The notes: generated by a model from the letters alone, not told the origin. Numbered from the stretch's first letter, positions 49,428-58,385 are shown. The stretch is DNA of 64,000 nt from an uncultured Enterobacteriaceae bacterium (GCA_964576525.1 CAZNVH010000087.1:8914-72913), one strand, 5' to 3'. Numbers and translations are program-made.

Positions 49428-50384
49428 ATGCTGTTCAAGGACAAGCGCATCCTCGTCGCCGGTGCCACCGGGCTGATCGGCAGCCACCTGCTGGCGCGCC
49501 TGCTCGCCGAGGGCGCGCGGGTGCGGGCCACGCACTGGAAGCGCGACCTGCCCATCCAGCATGCGTCGCTCGAGTCGATGCGCGTCGATCTGACGCAGGG
49601 CGACGACTGCCGCAAGGCAGTGCGCGACATGGAGTGGGTGTTCCTTTGCGCCGCCAGTACCTCCGGCGCGCATACCATCGCCTCGACGCCGATGGTGCAC
49701 GTGACGCCGAACGTGCTCATCAACTCGCAGATGCTGGAGGCGGCCTACGAATCGGGCGTGGCCAAGTTCATGTGGCTCTCCAGCACGGTCGCCTACCCGC
49801 CGAGCGACAAGCCGATGCGCGAGGAGCAGATGTTCGAGGGCGAGCCGTTCGAAAAGTACTATTTCGCCGGCTGGACCAAGCGCTTCACCGAGATCCTGTG
49901 CCGCATGTACGGCGAGAAGCTGGCGCGGCGCATGACCACCATCGTGCTGCGGCCGACCAACGTCTACGGGCCGAACGACGACTTCGAGTTCGCCACCTCC
50001 CACGTCATCCCGGCGCTGATCCGCAAGATCGTCGAGCGCTGGGACCCGATCGAGGTGTGGGGCGACGGCAGCGAGGTGCGCGACGCGATCTACGTCGACG
50101 ACATGGTCGAGGCGATGGTGCTCGCCGCGCAGCGGCTGCAGAGCTACGACGCGGTGAACGTGGGCCTCGGGCGTGGCTACAGCGTGAATGAGATCCTGAA
50201 GATGCTGCTCGAGCTCGACAGTTACGAGAATGCACGCATCGTCTACGATCGGTCGAAACCGACCATGATCCCCATCCGCCTGATCGACACCGCCAAGGCC
50301 GAACGCGTGCTCGGCTTCAAGGCCAAGGTCGACCTGCGGGAGGGGCTGCGCCGCACACTCGATTGGTATCGGAAGCAGCGATGA
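49428..50384 (+). CDS. NAD(P)-dependent epimerase/reductase, GDP-L-fucose synthase / ColC-like SDR
   Basis: MLFKDKRILVAGATGLIGSHL...WLSSTVAYP...YYFAGWTKRF...VLRPTNVYGPND. The start was chosen at ATG 49428, 1 nt after the AKR stop. TTG 49413 is an alternative. Confidence 0.7.
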   Translation: MLFKDKRILVAGATGLIGSHLLARLLAEGARVRATHWKRDLPIQHASLESMRVDLTQGDDCRKAVRDMEWVFLCAASTSGAHTIASTPMVHVTPNVLINSQMLEAAYESGVAKFMWLSSTVAYPPSDKPMREEQMFEGEPFEKYYFAGWTKRFTEILCRMYGEKLARRMTTIVLRPTNVYGPNDDFEFATSHVIPALIRKIVERWDPIEVWGDGSEVRDAIYVDDMVEAMVLAAQRLQSYDAVNVGLGRGYSVNEILKMLLELDSYENARIVYDRSKPTMIPIRLIDTAKAERVLGFKAKVDLREGLRRTLDWYRKQR

Positions 50385-50917
50385 TCAAGCCCTGGAAAGT
50401 GCTGAAGCGCAGGCCCGTGTACCGCGCCGATCCCTGGCTCGCGGTCGAGCGTCAGGAGGTGGAACTGCCCGACGGCCGCGTCGTCGCCGACTACCACCGC
50501 ATTACGCTGCCCGACTGCGCCGGCGTGGTGGTGCAACGCGAGGATGGTCGCTTCCTCGTCGCGCGCCAGTACCGCCATGGACTCGGCCGCGTCAGCCTGA
50601 CCCTGCCCGGTGGCAGCCTGAACCCGGGGGAATCGCCGCTTGCAGGCGCCAAGCGGGAGCTGCGCGAAGAGACCGGCTATGAGGCGCCGTCCTGGAAGCC
50701 GCTTGGCAGCTTCGTCATGAACGCGAACTACGGCTGCGGCACGATGCATTTCTTCCTCGCCTCGGGAGCGCAGCCGGCGATGGCGGCGAACAACGACGAT
50801 CTCGAAGAGAGCGAGCTGGTATTTCTCACCCGGGACGAATTGCGCGCTGCGATCGGCAGCGGCGAGGTCGCGGCGCTGGCGGCGGTCGCCGCAATCCTGC
50901 TCGCTCTCAGCCCATGA
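50381..50917 (+). CDS. Nudix hydrolase (nucleotide-sugar hydrolase type, Gmm/WcaH-like position)
   Basis: Complete Nudix box GGSLNPGESPLAGAKRELREETGY. ATGA overlap with the upstream SDR gene. Confidence 0.8.
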   Translation: MIKPWKVLKRRPVYRADPWLAVERQEVELPDGRVVADYHRITLPDCAGVVVQREDGRFLVARQYRHGLGRVSLTLPGGSLNPGESPLAGAKRELREETGYEAPSWKPLGSFVMNANYGCGTMHFFLASGAQPAMAANNDDLEESELVFLTRDELRAAIGSGEVAALAAVAAILLALSP

Positions 50918-51527
50918 AGCCGACGAGCATGTAGCGCGGCTCGCGCGCGAATGGCGCGACCGGCGTGACGAGGTGCGGCGGTCGCGTCTTGCCGTGATTG
51001 AGAACGACTAGCTGGTTGAACTTCGGCAACGCCGGCGTCATTACCTCATCCTCGACTGTCATGAGGATGCCGCCCCAGTCCCACTTCCAGTTCTTGCTCA
51101 GGTAGTAGATGAAGCCCACCGGACCCGCGTAGTCGTCGATGTGGACACGGAACTGGTCGCCCTCTGTCATCTTGTAGGCGCGCAAGTCCACCTTGTCGGA
51201 CTTGTTGCCCGAAAGATCCTCGAGCATCGGCCGAATGTGATTGGCGTAGATGCCAGTGATCGCCGGATTGCTTTCCAGCCAGCGCGACCGCCAGAAGCTC
51301 GCTATGTAGACCTCGCCGGGCTCGGGCAGGAAAGGCGAGTTGGTGCGAAACACGTGCTCGTAGTGATGCTTGCGTTCCTGGCGGATGTGGTCGTATTCGG
51401 CGGTCTGGTAGAGAGCGCGCGCGCTTTCAGCGACGCTGGCCGGCAGGGCCTCCTCGATGATCACCGTGCCCTGCTGTTGGAACTGCCGGCGGCGCGCGTC
51501 ACCCCGGATCGGCATCGGTTCGGACAT
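50907..51527 (-). CDS. 2-oxoglutarate/Fe(II)-dependent oxygenase-like protein
   Basis: ...DQFRVHIDDYAG (HxD)...WKWDWGGIL...NQLVVLNHGKTRPPHLVTPV is consistent with a 2OG-Fe(II) jelly-roll. The start at ATG 51527 gives MSEPMPIRG. Confidence 0.55.
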   Translation of the reverse strand: MSEPMPIRGDARRRQFQQQGTVIIEEALPASVAESARALYQTAEYDHIRQERKHHYEHVFRTNSPFLPEPGEVYIASFWRSRWLESNPAITGIYANHIRPMLEDLSGNKSDKVDLRAYKMTEGDQFRVHIDDYAGPVGFIYYLSKNWKWDWGGILMTVEDEVMTPALPKFNQLVVLNHGKTRPPHLVTPVAPFAREPRYMLVGFMG

Positions 51528-51565
51528 CAGCTCCCTCGAATCATGAATCGGCGAGAGACAATACT

Positions 51566-52702
51566 CTACACCTGACCTAAGCGCGCGATTGCCTGCCAGG
51601 TCGCGCGCGCGGTTTCGTCCCAGTCGAAGCGCTGCGAGTGGCGCGCGGCTGCTGCGCCGAGGCGCTCGCGGGTGCTGGGCTCGCGCAGCAGCCGCAGGAG
51701 CAGGTGCGCGAGCTCGGCGTCGTCCGCCGGATCGAAGTATTCCACTGCGTCGCCGCCGAACTCGGGCATTGGCGGCCGGCGCGAGCAGGCGATCGGCTTG
51801 CCCGCTGCCATCGCCTCGAGCAGCGCGTTCGGGCAGTTCTCCGCTTCGGAAGCGAAGACCACGGCGAGCGCGTGGTGGTACGCGGCCGGAAGCTCGTCGT
51901 AGGGTGTGTTGCCGGTGATTGTCACCCGCGGGCCGATGCCCAGGCGCGCGATCTCCCCGCGCACCCGGCGGGCGTAGGAAGTGTTGTCCGGGCCGACGAG
52001 GAGCAGGGCGAGCGGACCCTGCCACTCCCTGAGCGCGCGTGCGAATGCACGCACCACCTCGAGCTGGGCCTTGTAGGGCTCGAAGCTTGAGACGTAGAGA
52101 ATGTAGGGCTCGCGCGGCAGCCAGCCGGGGCGCGGCGCGCGCGCGGCGGACGCAGGCCGAAACACTTCGCTAATGCCGTGCGGAATGGTGACCGCATGCA
52201 GCAGCGGCCGTCCCGCGCGCTGCTCGATGAGCCCGCGGGCGTAATCGGAGAGGAAGATCACCAAGTCGGCCTCGAGCATACTTCGCAACATTACGCGCTC
52301 GAGCAGCCAGTTGCGCACGCGCTGCCAGCCCAGCGGGTACTTCGCGCGCGCGGCGCGATCGAACGGGATCACATTGCGGAACATCGTCACGCGCCGGCAG
52401 CCCGGCGGCGCGGTGCTGCCGACCACGCCGCCAGGAAAGAAAAGCACCGACGCCCCCAGCTCCGCCGCTTGCCGGCGAAGGAAGATTTTCTCCGATGCCG
52501 CCCGCAGAAGCGCATTGCCCGTCGGCCAGATTGCTTCGATCGGGCGTACACGCTCGCTCGCTACCTTCCCGCTCACCTCGGGCGGCGCGAGCAGGTGGAT
52601 CGTCGCCGGCTCCCCCGGCGGCAGGCGCGTGAGGAGGTTGAGAAGGTAGGTCTGGCCGCCGCCCTGCCGCGCGGACAGCGCGTCGATCAGCATCACGCTC
52701 AT
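51566..52702 (-). CDS. Glycosyltransferase family 4 (GT-B)
   Basis: MSVMLIDALSARQGGGQTYLLNLL...YILYVSSFEPYKA...SEAENCPNALLEAMAAGKPIACS is the E-x7-E region. ATGA overlap with asnB-like. Confidence 0.75.
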   Translation of the reverse strand: MSVMLIDALSARQGGGQTYLLNLLTRLPPGEPATIHLLAPPEVSGKVASERVRPIEAIWPTGNALLRAASEKIFLRRQAAELGASVLFFPGGVVGSTAPPGCRRVTMFRNVIPFDRAARAKYPLGWQRVRNWLLERVMLRSMLEADLVIFLSDYARGLIEQRAGRPLLHAVTIPHGISEVFRPASAARAPRPGWLPREPYILYVSSFEPYKAQLEVVRAFARALREWQGPLALLLVGPDNTSYARRVRGEIARLGIGPRVTITGNTPYDELPAAYHHALAVVFASEAENCPNALLEAMAAGKPIACSRRPPMPEFGGDAVEYFDPADDAELAHLLLRLLREPSTRERLGAAAARHSQRFDWDETARATWQAIARLGQV

Positions 52703-54534
52703 GCGAAGGGATGCAGCATCAGCACTGCCCAGAGGAGGGGATGCGTGTCGCGCCGGCCCGAAAGGTGCAGCGCGAACAGCTCCTGCATGCGGCGCCGGTC
52801 GAGGGGAAAGCGCTCGTAGAGCCGCCGGTCCTCGAGCCGCTCGCGCGCCCAGTCGCGCAGCGGCCCGCGCAGCCAGCGGTCGATCGGCACGGTGAAGCCC
52901 TGCTTCGGGCGCTCGACGATCTCGCGTGGCAGCAGGCGATAGGCGAGGCGCCGCAGCAGGTACTTGCCCTCGCCGCTGCGCAGCTTCCAGGCGAGCGGCA
53001 GGCGCTGGCTCCACTCGACCAGCTCGTGATCGAGGAGCGGCTCGCGCGCCTCGAGCGAGTAGGCCATGCTGGAGACGTCGGTCTTCTGCAGGTACTCCTC
53101 GGGCAGGATGTGCGTGAGATCGAGCCGCATCGCGCGTTCCGCCGCCGACAGGCTCTCGGGCATGCGCTTGAGCGAGTGCGCGAAGACCTGGTCCAGGTCG
53201 AGTCGCGGCCTCACTTCCGGGGCGAGCACGCTACCGAAATCCTTCGAGATGCTGCGCATCAAGCGGAATGCCTTCAGGGGCCCGCTTTCCGCCAGCGCCG
53301 CCCCGAGCAGGCGCAAGCGGTGCGAGGGCGCAAGCGCCAGCGCGCCGGCGACGCCGCGCCGCAGCGCCGCCGGCAGCCGGAAAGCTGGCGCGATGCGCTT
53401 GAGGATAGCGTAGTAGTGGTAGCCCCCGAACAGCTCGTCGCCGCCGTCGCCGCCAAGCGCGACGGTGACCTGGCGCCGCGCCAGCCGCGATACCGCCAGC
53501 GCGGGGAACGCCGAGCTGTCGAAGAACGGCTCGTCGAACTGCTCGTGAAAGGACGGCACTAGGGCGAGGAGGTCGTCGACCGACAGGATCTCCTGCCGGT
53601 GTTCGGTGCCGAGGGCGCGCGCTACCTTCGCGGCGTGCGCGCTCTCGTCGTACTGCGGCTCGCGAAAGCCGATGGTGAAGGTCTTCACCGGCCCGCTCGC
53701 GAGGCGTGCCATCATCGCAACGACCACCGAGCTGTCGATGCCGCCCGAGAGAAAGGCACCGAGCGGTACGTCGGCGATGAGGCGCGAGCGCACGCTGCGT
53801 TCGACCAGTACTTCCAGTTCGTCGAGGAGATCGTTCTCGGAACGCCCTCGCCATGCGGCGATCGGCTCAATCTGGAGCGGACTCCAGTAGGGCGCGACCG
53901 TCGCGCGTCCCTCGCGGAATTCGAGCCAGTGGCCGGCAGGCAGCTTGCGGATTGAGGCGTAAAGGCCATGCGACGCCGGGAAATAGCCGCTTTCCAGGTA
54001 GAGCGCGAGCCCGTCGAGGTCGAGCGCGCTGGCGAGGCCCGGCCGGTACGCGATGAGCGCGCGCGGCCGCGACCCGAACACGATCTCGCCGCCCTCCAGG
54101 GCGTAGTAGAGCGGCTTCACCCCGAGGCGGTCGCGCGCGAGAAGCAGGCTTTTCTCCCGCCGGTCCCAGATGCCGAGCGCGAACATGCCGCGCAGCCGCT
54201 GCAGGAAGCTCTTCCCCCAGCGCCGGTAGGCCGCGAGGATGACTTCCGAGTCCGAGTCGCTGCGCCACGGTCCGTCCAGCTCGGCGCGCAGCTCGCGGAA
54301 GTTGTAGATCTCGCCGTTGTAGGCGAGGACGTAGCGCTCGTCGGCGGTGACCATCGGCAGGTGGCCCGCGCTCGACAGGTCCTGGATCGCGAGCCGGCAG
54401 TTCGCCAGCACCGCGCCCCCCTCGCTCCACACGCCGCGGTCGTCCGGACCGCGAGCGAGGATGCTGGTGATGGCGGCTTCGGCGCGCGCCGGTTCGGCGG
54501 CGCGCGTGCCGGCTGCGCCGGCGATGCCGCACAC
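52699..54534 (-). CDS. Asparagine synthase (glutamine-hydrolysing) family amidotransferase (WbpS-like)
   Basis: N-terminal nucleophile MCGIAG, ...YNGEIYNF..., and the PP-loop SGGIDSS. Confidence 0.85.
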   Translation of the reverse strand: MCGIAGAAGTRAAEPARAEAAITSILARGPDDRGVWSEGGAVLANCRLAIQDLSSAGHLPMVTADERYVLAYNGEIYNFRELRAELDGPWRSDSDSEVILAAYRRWGKSFLQRLRGMFALGIWDRREKSLLLARDRLGVKPLYYALEGGEIVFGSRPRALIAYRPGLASALDLDGLALYLESGYFPASHGLYASIRKLPAGHWLEFREGRATVAPYWSPLQIEPIAAWRGRSENDLLDELEVLVERSVRSRLIADVPLGAFLSGGIDSSVVVAMMARLASGPVKTFTIGFREPQYDESAHAAKVARALGTEHRQEILSVDDLLALVPSFHEQFDEPFFDSSAFPALAVSRLARRQVTVALGGDGGDELFGGYHYYAILKRIAPAFRLPAALRRGVAGALALAPSHRLRLLGAALAESGPLKAFRLMRSISKDFGSVLAPEVRPRLDLDQVFAHSLKRMPESLSAAERAMRLDLTHILPEEYLQKTDVSSMAYSLEAREPLLDHELVEWSQRLPLAWKLRSGEGKYLLRRLAYRLLPREIVERPKQGFTVPIDRWLRGPLRDWARERLEDRRLYERFPLDRRRMQELFALHLSGRRDTHPLLWAVLMLHPFA

Positions 54535-54536
54535 GG

Positions 54537-55490
54537 CTAAGCGGCCGGGCGTCTGCCGCGCCCGACGATGCCGTTATAGCCGTTGAAGGCTTCGACCGAA
54601 ACGAAGCCTGCTTCCTCGAACCAGCGGCGCACCTCGCGCGCGGACTGCGGCTTGTCATAGGCCGGCGCGTACATGTCGAAGGTGTCGAGCACCGCCCAGT
54701 CGCGGTTCTGCTCGGGCGTGAGGCCGAGATGCGAATACTCGACGATCGGCGAGAGCCGCGCGCCGACGCGGCCCGCGACGCTGCGCAGGAACCGTGTCGG
54801 CGCCACGAGCGGCGGTGTGAGACGCTCGACGATGCGATAAAGCTTTTCCGGATTCATCGATCGGGTGAGCGGCCGCAGCAGGTATTTCCAGTGCATCAGC
54901 GCGGCGAGAGAACGGCGGTACACGTCGATCACCAGGTCGCCGCCGGGCTTCACGTGCCTTGCGAGACTGCGGAAGGCGCGCCCGGGATCGGGCGTGTGCT
55001 GCAGCACGCCGAGGCAGAGCACGTGATCGAACCAGGCCTCAGGCAGCGGAATGGCGAAGATGTCGCCCTGGAACAGCCGCAGCTTGGGCGAGCCGCCGTG
55101 ATTGCCGGCGTTGGCGTCGACCGCGTTGGAGTAGTCGAACGAATAGACGGTCGCGCCGGTGCGGCAGAGGATCTCGGTGAAGCGGCCGGCCCCCGAGCCC
55201 GACTCGAGGATGCGTGCTGCGGGCATGGCGCGTGGCCAGCCCGTCGTCTCGAACAGGCGCCTTTCCGAGATCGGCTTGCCGACCGAGCTGTCGAGCTGGG
55301 TGCGCGGGTGCCGGTTCCACTGCAGGCCGAACGAGGCGCTGTAGTTCTCGCGCGCCGCGAAGCGCGGAATGCCGCGCTCCACGGGATACGCGGCGCCGCA
55401 TTTCGCGCAGCGCAGCGCCTGCGCCGCCTCGGCGAGCGGCGCGCGGCAGGCCGGACAGACGTAGTCAGCGGCGAGCGGCGATCTTTCCAT
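54537..55490 (-). CDS. Class I SAM-dependent methyltransferase with N-terminal Trm112-like zinc ribbon
   Basis: CPACRAPL...RCAKCGAAYPVERGIPRF is the zinc ribbon. Motif I is ILESGSGAGRF. Confidence 0.8.
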   Translation of the reverse strand: MERSPLAADYVCPACRAPLAEAAQALRCAKCGAAYPVERGIPRFAARENYSASFGLQWNRHPRTQLDSSVGKPISERRLFETTGWPRAMPAARILESGSGAGRFTEILCRTGATVYSFDYSNAVDANAGNHGGSPKLRLFQGDIFAIPLPEAWFDHVLCLGVLQHTPDPGRAFRSLARHVKPGGDLVIDVYRRSLAALMHWKYLLRPLTRSMNPEKLYRIVERLTPPLVAPTRFLRSVAGRVGARLSPIVEYSHLGLTPEQNRDWAVLDTFDMYAPAYDKPQSAREVRRWFEEAGFVSVEAFNGYNGIVGRGRRPAA

Positions 55491-57198
55491 CGGCGACTTC
55501 GTAGACGAGATCGCAATCGCGCAGCGTCGCCGGGCGGTGCGAGATGATGAGCAGGGTCTTGCGATGCGACAGGCTGCGGATCGCCTCCAGTACCGCCTGC
55601 TCGGTCTCCTGGTCGAGCGCGCTCGTCGCTTCGTCGAAGATCAGCACCTCGGGGTCGCGGTAGAGCGCACGGGCGATGACCAGGCGCTGGCGCTGGCCGC
55701 CGGACAGGCGCACGCCGCGCTCGCCGACCACGGTGTCGTAGCCTTGCGGCAGGCCGGCAATGAAGTCGTGGATGTTGGCGGCGCCCGCTGCGCGCTCGAC
55801 CTGCGCCTGCGAGATGGCCTCGTCGCCGACGCCGAAGGCGATGTTGCGCGAGATCGTGTCGTCCAGCAGAAAGAGCGTCTGCGGGACATAGCCGATACGG
55901 CTGCGCCACGCCGGCGCGAGTTCGCCAGTGAGCCGAGTGCCGTTCAGGCGGATCTCGCCCGCGGCGGGCTCGATCAGCCCGGCGATGAGATCGATCACCG
56001 TGCTCTTGCCGGCGCCGGTGGCGCCGACCAGGCCGACCGTCGAGCGCCGCGGAATCTGCATGTCGGCTTGCTCGACGACCGGCTTCGCCGTCCCGGGATA
56101 CTGGTAGGTCACGCCGTGCAAGCTGATCGGGGGCTGCAACTGCGCCGCGAGGGCCGTCAAGGTCGCCGCCGGCGGTGACCCGGTCGTCGGCTGTGCCAGC
56201 AGCTCAGCGAGCGTGGCGGCCACCGCGGAGTTCTGCTGCACGATGATCGCGTTGGCGAAAATTTGTTGCAGCTGCGGCAGCAGCCGGTAGGCGGCGAAGA
56301 GGTAGAAGCCGAGCAGCGGCGCCGCGGCCTGCCAGCCTCCGGCACCGCCGCTCAGGTAGAGCGCGAGAACCAGCACGGCGGCGAACGCCGCGGTCTCGAT
56401 CAGGTACCGGGGCAGAACGCTCACCTTCACTGCGTACTCGTACTGCTCCGCCAGCGCGCGCGCCGCCTGGCCGAAGTTGTCGGAAAAATGCGGCCCGCAG
56501 TCGAGCATGCGCAGCTCGCGAATTCCGGCGATGGTCTCGGTGGTGATGCGGCTGATGCGCTCGCGTGCCTGGAAGGCGAGATCGCCGCTCCGGCGGATGC
56601 GTCCCTGCAGGCGGCGATAGACGGCGAGATACACGCCGGCCAGCGCCATGAACGAGACGAGGGCGAGCACGGGATCGACCGCGAGCACGAGAAGCGCGAC
56701 GGCCACCGCGACCACCACGCGCGCCGCCACGATGAGCAACGGCATGAGCAGCGACGCCGACAGGCGCTCGGTCTCGTAGACGATGTTCTTCACGATGGCG
56801 GAGGAGTGCGCGCTGAAGAAGTACTCGTAGGGTTTGCCCAGGTAGGCCCCGAGCGCACAGACGGCGATGCGTTGCCACACCGCCCAGGTGAGCCGCGCCG
56901 AGAACCAGGTGACGCAGAAGGCGAGCAGGTTGCTGAGGGCGATGAGGCCGAGCGCGAGGAAGGCGAGCACGTAGGGATTGCGGCTCGGCAGCAGGCTCGC
57001 GCAGGCGGCCCCCGCGGTCTGGCCGAGCTTGCCGCAAGGGTCGTCCGCCGAGGTGAGGACCGCGACGAGCGGCACGACCGAGAGCACGCCGCTCACCTCG
57101 ATCGCGCCGGAGACGAGCATCAGGGCCGCGAGCCAGGCCGAGCGGGTCTTTTCCGCCGGGTCGAGCAGGCGCCAGAGCTGGGCGATCGTGCGCGTCAC
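55465..57198 (-). CDS. Fused TMD-NBD ABC exporter (type I exporter fold; PglK/MsbA-like)
   Basis: The GTG start (GTGA overlap) gives VTRTIAQLWRLLDPAEK. Six predicted TM helices, Walker A GATGAGKST, signature LSGGQRQR, Walker B LIFDEATSALD. Confidence 0.85.
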   Translation of the reverse strand: MTRTIAQLWRLLDPAEKTRSAWLAALMLVSGAIEVSGVLSVVPLVAVLTSADDPCGKLGQTAGAACASLLPSRNPYVLAFLALGLIALSNLLAFCVTWFSARLTWAVWQRIAVCALGAYLGKPYEYFFSAHSSAIVKNIVYETERLSASLLMPLLIVAARVVVAVAVALLVLAVDPVLALVSFMALAGVYLAVYRRLQGRIRRSGDLAFQARERISRITTETIAGIRELRMLDCGPHFSDNFGQAARALAEQYEYAVKVSVLPRYLIETAAFAAVLVLALYLSGGAGGWQAAAPLLGFYLFAAYRLLPQLQQIFANAIIVQQNSAVAATLAELLAQPTTGSPPAATLTALAAQLQPPISLHGVTYQYPGTAKPVVEQADMQIPRRSTVGLVGATGAGKSTVIDLIAGLIEPAAGEIRLNGTRLTGELAPAWRSRIGYVPQTLFLLDDTISRNIAFGVGDEAISQAQVERAAGAANIHDFIAGLPQGYDTVVGERGVRLSGGQRQRLVIARALYRDPEVLIFDEATSALDQETEQAVLEAIRSLSHRKTLLIISHRPATLRDCDLVYEVADGKIAARR

Positions 57199-58385
57199 GT
57201 GCGCCGCAACCCCGCGACAAGCCCATCTCTGAAGCCTCCCAGGAGGCCACGCCAGTACGACACGCGCCACAACCATTCCGTGACGATCTCGCGTAACGCC
57301 CGGATAGGTGAGCCGCGGTGCAGGGCGTGAAGGACTGCCACTCCCCTGGATCTCCCCATGCTCTCATAGAAGAACGGGCCACGAAATTCCGACTGCACGG
57401 TCGGAGCGCGTTGGTCGCGCATAGCCAGGATATCGGCGAACAGCCGTGTGAACTGAACTTCGGGCGTGAGCTCGGCGCGATATCTTCGATGTGCCTCGGC
57501 CGAGATCCGCCTGCGAAGGTTGTCGTCGCCAAGATACTTTCGTGTTTGAACGAGCAGGTCATGCGCGTCCCGGAACACGCCGATGTCGATGCCAGGTCGG
57601 AACCAGTGCTCCACACATGGCGCCCACTCGCAAAGGCAAAACCGCCCTAGGGCCGCAAGCTCGAAAGGCCGTCCTTTGATTTGCGCCACGCGGGCGCGCT
57701 CTGGGTTATGGCGGAGGATCCATGCAGGAGGATTCGTCGCGGTGAAATTGAGGTTGATCCTGCTTCGTCTGAAAACATCTACAACCCCCGCATCAGATAG
57801 ACGTCCGTTACGGCTGCCGGCGCCGTAGTCAGCGATTTGAATGCCATTGCTTTCGAGGTGATGTACGTAGTCACGCCTGCCTGGCTTGCTGATGTCGCCC
57901 ACGAAGGAAACGTCAATATCCTCGGCGGCGGTGTTAAGCCCACCGTTCACATGAGGTTGCTGCAACTGGGCGACATAGGCCGGTACGCCCGCGCGTTTGA
58001 GCCATTCGGCTCCGGCTATGTCCGATGTGATCACGGCGCTGCAGGACTGATAAAAAAACTTGCTCTGATCAAAGTAGATTTCGTCATCAAAGCCGAATCC
58101 GACGACGGTCGCCCGCCGCTTTAGGCTGGAAACGAATTCCGGCGTGAGATAGGAGAAGCTGTTGGGAAACTGCGTGTAGATAACGATGTCCGGACCAGCC
58201 CCATCAATTCCCCTCGCCACCTGTCTCTGCGCCGCTCTGGGCCCCTCGGACAGGTACAGAGCGCGGTAGTCCAACACCTCGAACCTGCGGAATAGCTTGA
58301 GGAAGAACTCAGCGTAACGCCTGAAGACGGGATGGTCGCCAGGTTGTAGCCACATCGCGCTCGCTTCAACCAAACCAACTGTCAC
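57195..58385 (-). CDS. CgeB-like glycosyltransferase (Glyco_trans_1_2-type C-domain), paralog A (divergent, lower GC)
   Basis: ...DIDVSFVGD...VFRRSRINLNFTATN...IKGRPFELAALGRFCLCEWAPCVEHWFRPGIDIGVFRDAHDLLVQTRKYL... is homologous to the three upstream genes. The GTG start (GTGA overlap) gives VTVGLVEAS, aligning with MNFVVLEAQ of paralog D. Confidence 0.6.
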   Translation of the reverse strand: MTVGLVEASAMWLQPGDHPVFRRYAEFFLKLFRRFEVLDYRALYLSEGPRAAQRQVARGIDGAGPDIVIYTQFPNSFSYLTPEFVSSLKRRATVVGFGFDDEIYFDQSKFFYQSCSAVITSDIAGAEWLKRAGVPAYVAQLQQPHVNGGLNTAAEDIDVSFVGDISKPGRRDYVHHLESNGIQIADYGAGSRNGRLSDAGVVDVFRRSRINLNFTATNPPAWILRHNPERARVAQIKGRPFELAALGRFCLCEWAPCVEHWFRPGIDIGVFRDAHDLLVQTRKYLGDDNLRRRISAEAHRRYRAELTPEVQFTRLFADILAMRDQRAPTVQSEFRGPFFYESMGRSRGVAVLHALHRGSPIRALREIVTEWLWRVSYWRGLLGGFRDGLVAGLRRT

